From assembly GCA_002269645.1 (NCBI GenBank), contig NIVC01000206.1, positions 186,001-250,000 on the forward strand: DNA of 64,000 nucleotides, in the 5' to 3' direction. The notes under the pieces are model-generated. The model searched no databases, was not told the origin of the DNA, and saw only the letters and a list, made by a program, of their open reading frames with translations. The stretch comes from Macrostomum lignano (taxonomy: Eukaryota). Of the stretch, positions 38,101 through 48,800 are shown one piece after another. Position 1 is the first letter of the stretch. Every line of letters begins with the position of its first letter. Position numbers and translations under genes: made by a program.

Positions 38101-38387
38101 GCGCGCTCGTTGATGCCGCCAACGAATACGGCGGTGGCCGGCTTGTCGGTCCCGGCGGCGGCACCGGCGGCTGCTGCGCCGACTGCTCCAATGGGCACGG
38201 GGCCCTTCTTGCTGTCGGCCTCATTCTCTGCTTTTTTGCTATCATCTACTTTGCTGTTGTCTGTGTCTTTTTCTTCTTTCACTTTAGCAATGGATGCTGA
38301 CTGTTCGTTTGCTGATTCATTTGCTGCTGCAGAGTCTTTTGAATCTGCTTTTTCAGTTGCTTTGTCTTCTGTTTTAGGCTCAGGCAT
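32165..38387 (-). CDS. RBM25: RNA-binding protein 25 (RRM, RE/RD-rich coiled coil, PWI), at least 4 exons, ~714 aa; 5' end uncertain
   Basis: Exons 38387-37806, 36770-36279, 33524-33037 (alternative donor 33043), 32747-32165 join in frame. RRM (VFVGGINER...SWKRV...KLQSFGFCEF), ERER tracts, C-terminal PWI (IPTAKDELFAYNLDW...KPWINKKIIEYLGEEE...VVKLWRLLIYETEAKK). The frame is open a few codons upstream of 38387, so an additional 5' exon is possible. Confidence 0.9.
33590..34544. repeat. 46-bp minisatellite (GGGGATCAAGATTGTTGCAGCTAGTAGATGGGGATTTCTATATATT)n in an RBM25 intron; resumes at 36131-36180 after the retroposon insertion
   Basis: About 20 near-identical tandem copies, with one more beyond the insertion. 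Confidence 0.95.
34545..36130 (+). mobile_element. 5'-truncated non-LTR retrotransposon (RTE-like RT) inserted into the 46-bp array
   Basis: RT motifs EQNGFRPQRG, KAFDSV, GVLQGDTLAPFLF, YADD (ORF 35093-36064 plus upstream pieces); (GTT)n 3' tail; TSD GGATTTCTATAT at 34533-34544 and 36131-36142; small deletion/frameshift and a stop before the main ORF. Clade assignment is tentative. Confidence 0.88.
34657..35002 (+). mobile_element. 346-bp solo LTR inserted in the RT ORF
   Basis: TGTAGCG...TTTACA termini; 5-bp TSD TCATT (34652-34656 and 35003-35007); internal TATAAAT and AATAAA; RT homology resumes at KAFDSV. Confidence 0.85.
36815..37640. repeat. ~31-bp minisatellite (CCGGTGTGTGATCTTAAATCAGGGAGAGTGA)n in an RBM25 intron
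   Basis: A homogeneous block to ~37180, then degenerate 28-32-bp variants. Confidence 0.93.
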
Positions 38388-40429
38388 GACAACCTTACAG
38401 TCTTCTTTTTCAGTCTTCTTTCAACTTCAAAAGAAGAAAAAATAATAACGACTTGGAAAAAATCTAACTGTCCTGTTTTAGTGAGTTCACTGTAATGGAA
38501 GTATAGTTCTTGATTTTGAAGTTTGTATAAAATCCTAACTCAACTAGATCCCTATTGGAATTTAATTATAGCCAGGTATCCGCCTACTTTAGTCCAATTT
38601 TCTTTGGTGCACTAGATACAAAACTCAAGTAAAGACTGCTTTATAAGACTATAAAACACTAAAAAGCATATAAGTTAAATTTTAACAATTTATAAATATA
38701 TATTTAGATATATTGAGCAGGTAAAAAGTGGATACACCAAATTCGTAGTTGTAAGAAAGCCTTTTTAAGTTGAAATTATGCTACTATATATAATAAACCC
38801 AAATACTAAGGTCAAAATTTATATGTAATCTTCTAGATAGGAAACCCTATTCAAAATACAATACCTATATTGATAATTATACATTAGTAATTTAATTATA
38901 GGAGGACAACCAGTTTTACAACTCAAGTCTAGCTTATTTTTTGCTGTTTGGAATTCACAATACTCACAAAATATACAAAGAGAAATTCTAAATCTCAACT
39001 TACTATAACTATACAGCATGAGCTATAAACAATAAGTCACTCATAGCTAGTGAAGTGCATGTTGAGGAATTGGTTGATTATCTTTCATTTGGCAGTCATA
39101 AATTTAAGCTAATAATATTACAATGCAAAGTGAATTTTATGAGTGCTATATACCTATAATATAAAATCTATTGTATAATACTATATAGATAGGGATTTCT
39201 TGGTCAAATATGAGTAAGCATTTGGATATTGGTCAAAATGTGTTTTAAAAATGGAAGATAAAACACATCATTTTGTGGTTCATCATTATATTGAATATGT
39301 ATTTGGTCTATCTCTACTTATACTCATAGATATACAATTGTATGTATATAACAAGATCTACAATTTAGATCATTGCTAGGAAATTAATATTGCTAATCGA
39401 ATTTTTGCCTATTATCCTAGGATTGAAAATACCAGTTGGAGAGAAGTTTCCCAGAATTTTTAATTACCACTGTTGAGGTTTTACAAGGGGTATCCCAAAA
39501 GTCCCCAGAATGTTTGCTTTAGCTCCAACTATACCTTGACAATCAAAAGTATGCCAAATGTAGCATAGTTGACAGGATTTTAGATGGTAAAAAATAATTA
39601 TAGGGTCACCATATTATTTGCTTACTATAATAAATATAAAGCATCCTAGTGGATATGAAAGAAAATACCTATCCTGCTAATGTGGAAAACATAGAAATAT
39701 TATATGCTTTTTGCATGCTCAACATGACAACATTGAATGTTAAGAACACAAAGTTTTTAGTATATGTGGCAGTAAAGCTTAGGTATTTGGTATTAGATAT
39801 CTTTAATCATTCAATGGTTAAAGTAGCATATGAATAATGACCATAGCTAAAAAGATAAACTATTCATATATGTGGTTATTTTCCTTAATGCACCTTATTT
39901 CTATCCATATTTTGTGCTTGTTCAATCATCTTGGCTAGGAGTTGGATATTGATTCAATTAAGTAGGGGATGACTGCGTCTTCACTCACTACTCGCATTTA
40001 TAGGCAAAGCGCGATGCACGATATGTAATATCACTCAATTGTCTAATAACCTCACATGACATTGACTTTTGTCTCACTTATTTAAGAACATTAGGTGGTG
40101 GCAGCAACCCACCAAATTAAAGTACATGCTAATAGAAATAATAGTAAAACCCAAACCAGTAGCTTAACCCCACTCCATATGCAAAGATCTGAACCAGAAT
40201 CTATTAGCCTTTAATTTTTGTCTAGTGAAATATAAACTAGTATGTTTTTTGGCAGAAAAATCTTTTAGTTTTAAATGTTTATAAGACTATTGTTTAGATT
40301 TATTAATAAAACCTAAATACTAAAAATGGTCTGTTGGTATCTATCTATCTATCTAGATGCGATCGATTTTAGCTAAAATGGCTCAACTGATTTTTTTCAA
40401 ACTTGCACTGTTTGATTAGAAATAAATAG

Positions 40430-40860
40430 GGATGCTTGCTATTTAGAGATTCTTGCTATCTGCAGGATGCTTGCTATCTGCAGGATGCTTCTATAATATC
40501 TGGGGGGTGCTTGCTATCTGCATGATGCTTCTATAATATCTGGGGGGTGCTTGCTATTTGCAGGATGCTTGCTATCTGGGTGGATACTTCTACAATATTT
40601 GGGGGATGCTTGCTATTTGCAGGATGCTTGCTATCTGGGTGGATACTTCTAAAATATTTGGGGAATGCTTGCTATCTGCAGGATGCTTGCAATCTGGATG
40701 GATGCTTCTATCTAGGGAATGTTTGCTGTCTGCAGATGCTTGCTATCTAGGGTGATGCTTGCTATCTGGGGGATGCTTGCTATCTACAGATGCTTGCTAT
40801 CTGCAGTTGCTTACTTTTGGGGGGTTGCTTGCTATCTGGGGGGATGCTTGCTGTCTTGGA
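40430..40860. repeat. Degenerate short-period repeat built on GGATGCTTGCTATCTG
   Basis: The motif recurs about 20 times with variable spacers. Confidence 0.8.
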
Positions 40861-43556
40861 ATATTTTCTATTTAGAGGGAGCTATATTTTGTTGACTGTT
40901 TGTTAATTTTAGAGAAAAGGTGATTCATAGCAAACACCTTTGTCCATGACAATTTTACACAAATCAGGTGATTTTCAAAAGTGACAAAGGAATTGATTCT
41001 TAAGAAAATGTGCTTTTTTAATTGTTTTCCATAAACTATTTTTGTTCCTTGCTTATTGGCACCCCAAAGGGGGGCCGCACTGGAGTGCTAGTACAACCTA
41101 ATTATTGTATTATATCATTTATTTGATAATTACAAACAATCTAAACTAAGTAGGCATGTCACTTAAAATAAATCTAGTTACTCAACATTGCAGTTTATCA
41201 CTATATAATATTTTAGAAAGCTACCAAATTTATGAGTATCTACAAAAGCCACTGGTCTAGTGATGTTCCATTAGTGAGAATTGGCTACTATTTTTGTCTG
41301 TGTCACCTTCCATATTTTCTAATATACCAAGAAGTCACTTTAGACAGACTGCTCCAAGTAATTATTTGCTATGTTGTTTAATTGTATATACTCTCATACA
41401 ATTATACTATTTTTCATGTAATATCTTTTTAGAGGCTTCCCAGGAATGTAGCCAAAAGCCAGAGAAGCTTTTAATGAAATTGTGGCAGTCGGGTTGCCAT
41501 TTTGATTATTGAAACTTTCCTATTAATAATATTTTACATTCAATCTACTAAGTTTCATCAAATTTAATTGCATGCCCCAACTCATGGAAATTTTGCATTT
41601 TCTCTCCCAATGGTTGTTTATTTTGTCACCTTCCTGTATGTTGTCCTTTTTTGTCCTAGTTTTGTTCCTCCAATATGTCCCACCAATGAAAAGATGTTTT
41701 GCCACTCTTTTTTGCCATTTTTTCTTGTTAATTTCTGTGCAAACTGCTATTGCTCAACCCTATGCCCACTCTTTTGTCCAACCTGCTATCTAGCTGCCCG
41801 TCCAAGTCTTGCCCCTGTTGTTAAAATTTATTTTTATCTATTTTATATGCATGCCTCACGCGCTACTGATTTTTTTTGTTTCTTTCTTTCCTTTCCATCC
41901 TCCTTCATTTTTCACCCGTGACCGTTAGCATTAAGGAAGTAATAAGTTTGTGTTAATACTTTGTTTTTAATTTTATTAAGCTCTAGTAGACAACCTTAGA
42001 GTCATTTAAGCCGTATACAACTTACTTATAGCGCACTGCAGCTCTGCTTGTCGAATCTTTTTGGTCACACCAAAATACTTTTTACCTGCCTGCTAAAATA
42101 ATTATTTTCTAATATCCAATTGATAATAATAATAATATTAACAATCCACAATAATATCATTTTCATTGACTAATTAAGTAAGCCCATAGCCTTTTTTTAG
42201 TTATTTGCCCACGGGGCATAAAACAAACCAAGTTCTTATCTCAAAGAAAGCTCTGAGGCAAATTTTGTTTTGCAATATAAGAATTATGTTGATGACAGCT
42301 CTACCCTACTAAGAGTAAACAGCTCAACCAATTGACACAACAATATTTATGGTGTCAGAAGCTCCTGTATTTACCATTTGAACAACTGTGTCATTAAAAG
42401 ACTGCTTACCTATGATTACAACTACTCTCCCTTCAGAATTTGAGGACCCTGGCAGTTAGAGTAAAACAAGAGAAAGAATTTTGTTGCGATTTGTCTGCAG
42501 AATTTTTCTGGATTTGTTTGTGCAAATGCAACTAGCCAAATTTTAAAAATCCAAACCAACATATTATTTTCTTTTCTCAACCCCCACCTTAAAATGATGA
42601 AGTGTCCTATTCAAAATATGACATTTTAAAATAAAGCCAAAATTCTAAGAATGGACCTAATAGTATCTATTTAATAAAATAGTGTGGCAGTTAGGGGCTG
42701 CGACTGACTATTTAAATTAACGCTGAAAAATTTTTTTGAAATTTTTTCATCTATTAGACCACCCCATGACCCTTTTCTGCTGTCCCCAGTTTTTGGCCTA
42801 TTGTGTCCACCTTGTGCCCCCAGCTGTTGGGATATTTCATCTTTTCTCCTGTTCCTGCGTTGGTTACCCTGCCCCTTTTTCTGGCCTTGCGAGTCCCTTG
42901 TTTGGTAATTTTGTTTGTGTCTATGTAATTCCGTGATGATTTCTTCTGTTCAATGCTTGGTCACCGCAACCACCTTTTGCCTCCAGCATTTGACCCCATT
43001 TGTCCATTTGCTGCAACTTTATTTTCTATTTAATGGTGCCCTTGGAGTTGCCCAACTTTCATTTCCCCTTGTCTTCTTTTTCTCTTCCTTCCTTCTTTTC
43101 CCACGGCTCCGGCCTTCTTCTTTACTTGAACCTTACCTTCCTTCCCTCTGCCAACCCATTCAATTTATCTATTAATATTTAAATCTGCCTGACTTACTTT
43201 GCAATAATTGTTTATTAATTGGTCAATTGTTTTATTAAGTCAATTGTTTATTAATTGGTTATTAGTGCACTGCAGCATCGCTCGAATCATCCGCCAGATT
43301 AGGCTAGAGTATTCCTATTACTCTGTCACTTTGACATCTTTAGTGTGTTTTATTAATTCTGATATGGTCGCCAGTTTAATTCAGTTGCCAACGAACAATG
43401 AAAACATCTTTTCCCTTTACTTAATAAACAATTTGCATAGTTTTCCGCCGTAATTATGGCTACGGCTACGGCAAATTACGGCTACGACACTTTTGAAGCC
43501 GTATTTTCATTACGGATTACGGTTACGGACATATTTTGAGCTTACGGTTACGGTTA

Positions 43557-44403
43557 TGTAGTGACTGGCTGCTAACTGGCTATTCAGCAGCACTCACTAG
43601 CTTTCTCTTAAGAGTGCTGTGATCCGCTGCACAGTATCTCAGTCCACCTGAGCTTGTGAGAGAGTTACTCTGTGCTGGGCCTATGTGTTTACTGCCCAAT
43701 GACTCATCGCCTGAGCGGGCGCGGGCAGCCACACTCAATGTCTTCCCACTCGCACTGAAGAGGCGTTGCAGGATGACTCATCACCTGCGCGGAGTTTAAT
43801 GGCTGCCTAGAGGGAGTAAACAGGATGACTCATCCGCCCATGTTCTATTTTTAGCACAGAATAAGCACATGACTATGCAGGCACTCTGAGCATGGCCACT
43901 GACCTTGAGTCACGCCACTGCTGCGTGACAGGGTTGCCTTATTTGGAAGTTGGCCTTGGATCACGCGTCGTTCACATGATTCCAATGCCCAAATAAGGAA
44001 GTTTCACGCGCTCACCGCATGAAACTCACGTGACTTTTGGGGGTCCGCTCGGCTATAAATACGGAGCATCTGCGAGCCATTTTTCTCCAGACGGCGTTGT
44101 CTTGCGGAGCATTGTGGCTAACTCGTGAAGCCTCTGCCTCCGAGCTCTCCTCTCTCATTTCAGGTTTTACAGGTTTCAGGTCCAAGCAGCATTCAACTAA
44201 GACGATTGACTGTCGAGACATTTTCAGATTTGGCCTTTGCTCCGAGTGTCTTCGTTAATTTTATTTCAGGTGACGGATAGACAACTTTGCCGACGCGTTG
44301 AGTCCGCACACCAAGGTGGCAGCAACCCTACCAAGTCAAGGCTTACGTTTTAGGTTCATTTTCAGGCAAATCGTTAGGACCGAAGCAAAGGGCAAACGTT
44401 ACA
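43557..44403 (+). repeat. 5' LTR core (847 bp), followed by one 72-bp PBS-containing unit (44404-44475)
   Basis: Matches 52370-53216; TATAAAT at ~44054; ends AAACGTTACA. Confidence 0.95.
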
Positions 44404-44404
44404 C

Positions 44405-44422
44405 TGGTGGCAGCGGTGGGAT
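44405..44422 (+). promoter_or_regulatory. Primer-binding site complementary to the 3' end of tRNA-Leu(AAG/TAG); a second, variant PBS at 44477-44500
   Basis: TGGTGGCAGCGGTGGGAT is the reverse complement of ATCCCACCGCTGCCACCA, the conserved eukaryotic tRNA-Leu 3' end; the second site is TGGTGGAACAGCGGTGAGATTCGA. Confidence 0.88.
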
Positions 44423-44702
44423 ACAAAGACCTGCCAGGCCACCTCGAGACAACCCAGAGACAACCAAACGTTACACTGGTGGAACAGCGGTGAGATTCGA
44501 GATTCGAGACAAAGGATTCGAGATTCAAGACAAAGGATTCGAGATTCGAGACAAAGGATTCGAGATTCGAGACAAAGGATTCGAGATAAGGGATACAACA
44601 AGCAAGCAGGAGAACGTTACCGAATCGACGTCAACGTCACTCAACTATCACCCTTTCGGACACGTCATCAGTCACGCCTACCACGACTAAGTCAGCATCA
44701 AG

Positions 44703-45881
44703 ATGTCTCACGACAGTGATCGAGAAGATCTCATCGGTGATCAGCAGCACACGCATCAGGACAACGGAAACTCCGCCGCAGCTGCTGCAGGTTCGCCCAT
44801 ACCATGTGGTTTAGGATTTAATTTTAGAGACGACTCAAGAGAGGAGGAGGAAGATCCATTTGCAGGACTCAACAACCTCGGACGCGACACCAACCCGGAC
44901 ATGATCCGCAGGATGCTGCAGGCCATGCAATGTCAGCTCGATCTACAGCCTAAGAAGCAAGTCAAGATGAAGAGCTACACGCCATCGCAGGACATCCGCG
45001 TTTGGCTAAAGGCTTTCGACCTACGATGCGAGGCAGAAGATCTACAGGATGAAGACGACAAGAAGGCCCAATTGCTGGCGAATTTAGACTTAAATTCGGC
45101 CTACGCCGCGGTACTTCGCATGAGGCTGCCCGACTGCATCAGCTATTGACAGCTTCAGCAACGGCTAATAGAGAGATTTGCACGACTCTCAGGACCAGAC
45201 GAATATCAAGAGGAATTCAGAGGTCGCAGCCAGCGCAAGAACGAATCAACGGAAGATTACGCCGATGCTCTGCAGGAGCTAGGAGAGCAAGCCTTCCCTT
45301 GGCTCGAGCCTCGCCATCTAGAGCAAGAACTGATTGACCAGTTCCTGCGCGGGATTCGCACGTCATCAGACTGCCGCGAGAAACTTTTCTGGATCCGACC
45401 TACGACACTCAGCGAAGCCTTGCGAGCACTGAAGAGGATGGAATTAGCCAAAGACCTGGCTCATCGTTCGAAGGAGCCCCCGGTCAGAATGTTGGACGGG
45501 GAGGGACAAGCCTCGAAGGAGAACAACAACAGCGCCCTCTCGAAGTTGGAGAAAGTCGTTGAGCAACAAGCCGCAATGATGCAGCAGCAGCAGCATCTGA
45601 TCAACACGTTGGCTCAGCAAGTCACAGCCAATCAAGTGAACAGTCAAGCAAACCGAACGCCGCACTACACGTGCTACGAGTGTAATCAAGAAGGACACAA
45701 GGCGAGAGATTGTCCGTACAGACGCCAATCAACTCAGCAGTTTACGGGAAACGGCCGGCCAGAGGACGTAAATGGCAATGCCCCCCGAGCTCCAGCCCAG
45801 GCTATGCAGCCGACACCGAACACGCCCCGGAAGAGTATGGCCCCGCAGCCGCGGCAGCTGACTCGTCCGAATCGTCAGTAA
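44703..45881 (+). pseudogene. gag: Gypsy gag with CCHC zinc knuckle; one in-frame TGA at 45147-45149
   Basis: ORFs 44703-45149 and 45420-45881 are in the same frame and the interval translates as capsid-like sequence (QLQQRLIERF...DYADALQELG...LIDQFLRG); CYECNQEGHKARDC knuckle. Confidence 0.88.
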
Positions 45882-48800
45882 TCGAAGAAACGGACGATGG
45901 AGGTTTTGTGGACGCCTCCTTTGTAAATACTGTCCATGCGCGTGACGCCGACCCATTTATTACAGGACGAGTGGCTCGACGAGAGGTCGCCTTTCTGCTA
46001 GACAGCGGAAGCAGAAGAAACTTCCTTGGAGCGTCCACTTGGGCCGCCATTAGGCGTCGTTCACCACGTTGTATAGTCGCACCTGCTTATCCTAACCGAG
46101 TCGCTATGTACGACGGGACCGAGTTAAGTCTCGCCGCCAAGGTTATCCTATCAATTGAATTCCGGGACTATGTCGCGGAAACCGAATTCTTCGTCGCCGA
46201 TGGAGACTGTGAAAATCTTTTAGGAATTGATTTCATGCGGAGTCATTGCCAAGGACTGGACTTCCAGCAAGGAATGCTCACATTCCGACAAGGCACCCGA
46301 CTTCCGGTACGCTATTCAAGGAGAGAACTGAAGGCCTGCCGAGTGTACGTCGCTGAAAAATGCACTCTGCCGCCTCAATGTTCCTGCCTCGTCGCCATTA
46401 AACTAGCCGAAGGTCATCAGCAGAACTACGGTTCACCGATGATTATCGAACCGCTCAAATCAGGACTGCGAGCAAAGCATCACCAGTTAGACGCAGCCCC
46501 GGTCCTGCATACGATGACAGAAGGTCGAGGAGTGATGGAAGTACTCAACCCATCAGATACAGAGGTTCACTTGCGTCGCAACATGCTAATGGGAGTAGCT
46601 ACGCCACTCAAGACCCAGGACCTCGAGTACTTCAGCGAGTCGAATGAGCCAGAAGTCCGTCAACTGAATACGACTGAAGAAACGACTGACAGTTGGATCA
46701 ACGAGGTCGACGTCGGAGACCAGCTGAACAGCCACCAGAGGCGCCAGGTTCAAGAAGTACTCAAGGAATGCGAGAAGGCATTCTCTCTAACTCTGTTGGA
46801 CCACGGACTGACACACCTGGTAACTCATGAGATAGTGCTCACAGATTCGACGCCAATCGCGATTCCTCCTCGCCGGATACCTCCGCATCTACAACCGCAA
46901 CTGGATCAGATGCTCGACGATATGCTGAAGAAAGGCATCATTCGGCCAACGTACTCCAGTTACAATTCGCCGATGATCCTAGTGCCAAAGAAGGACAAGA
47001 CGATTCGCATTGTGCACGACTTCAGAGCGATCAACGATGTGACGCTGAAGCACCCGTACCCGATCCCGCACATTCAGGAAACTTTCGCCAAACTCAAAGG
47101 AGCGCAGTGGTACTCAAGCCTCGACCTGGTACAAGGTTTCTACCAGATCCCTCTCCGTGAGGAAGACCAGGACATCACTGCCTTCTCTGTGCTCGATCGT
47201 GGACAATTCTGCTTCAAGGTGCTACCAATGGGACTCACCGACAGCCCCGGATCGTTCCAGCGTTGTATCAATCAACTGCTAGAAGGACTAGCACCGCAGG
47301 CCGCTCTTGGTTACATGGACGACATCGTTGTACACGTAGTGACGTTCGAAGATCACTTAGACCATCTACGACAAGTCCTAAACCGAATCATAGCTGCCAA
47401 CTTGAAGCTAAAGCCGAAGAAATGCCATTTATTCAAGAAGGAGCTCCACTATCTAGGCCACGTGATTACGCCGGAAGGCCTACGGACAAGCGAAGACAAG
47501 ATTGAGCAGATACGCAGTTGGCCAACGCCTCGGACTGTTCGTCAACTATGAAGCTTTCTTGGTCTCGCCAATTACTACAAGAAGTTCGTCGAGGATTACT
47601 CGGGCATTGCGGCCCCGTTACATGCATTGACACGTAAGGACCTGCAAGGATTCCAGCGCCATTGGACGCAGCAGCATCAGACTGCCTTTGAGACTCTGAA
47701 GAGCAAGCTATGCTCAACCGAAGTACTCGCCCTCCCAGAGTTCAATGAGGATCCGAAGGTCAAGTTCATCCTGGATACCGACGCATCCGACACCCGAATC
47801 GGTGCATGTCTAGGACAACTGCAATCCGATGGAATAGAACGACCGATCGCCTTTTTCAGTCGCAAGCTCCGTGACCCGGAAGTTCGCTACACGGTCACCA
47901 AGCGGGAGCTACTGGCTATTGTCGATGCCATGCGACACTTTCGAGAATACTTAATAGGAAAGAAGTTTGAAGTAAGAAGTGACCATAAGGCCTTGCTCTG
48001 GCTGTTACGTCAGACTGAATCTACAGGGATTCTAGGTCGATGGGTCCAGAGGATCAGCGAATTTCAGTTCACCATCTCCCATCGCAAGGGTACTGACCAC
48101 ACCAACGCCGACGCGCTATCAAGACGCCCGGACACGCCTCCGTTAGAATGCGATTACGGAGTACTTCAAGACGTCGACGCTGTCCTGGCTTGCCACCGCG
48201 AGGAGACAGGAGACACCACTCAGCGTAAGTGTCGCCGCATTAAGGAAACTGATCCGGGCATCGATTCAGAGGCCACCGCACCAGCAGCCCTCTCAATCAA
48301 GACCCACAATCGCGATCCAGAGGCAGAGACCGACTTGGACAACGAACCAGAGGCCACCGCACCTGCAGCCCTCTGCCGAGTTCTCCACTGTTCGCGCCAA
48401 CGCCAGGAGACAGTAAGCTTGGATGGAGACACAGAGGCCACCGCACCAGCAGCCCTCTGCCGAGCCACCCACGCTCGCCGTCACTTCAAGGAGACCAATC
48501 TGGATGAAGTTCAAGAGACCACTGTACCCTCAGCCCTCTCCAACGACAGCCATCAGGTCTACCTACAGAGTTGGGAGACTGACTTGGACGAAGATTCGGA
48601 GGCCACCGTTCCAGCAGCCCTCCCAGTCGAGCGCCACGGCTCAGATCTCGGTCGAAAATTTACCACTGAGGAGTCCTGCTGCTCTTCCATGAGCCGACAG
48701 ACTCAGCAGGTCGAGCCGTCTTGTTGCTCTTCCATGAGCCTGCAGCCGACCACCCATTATCAACGCGTGGACGATATGTCTTGCGCCATGACGCGCCTTC

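Noticed and set aside
41540-43130. Pyrimidine-rich blocks that read Lys/Gly/Gln-rich on the minus strand as upstream RBM25 exons
   Set aside because: Frames are interrupted by stops, with no recognisable domain or convincing splice pairing.
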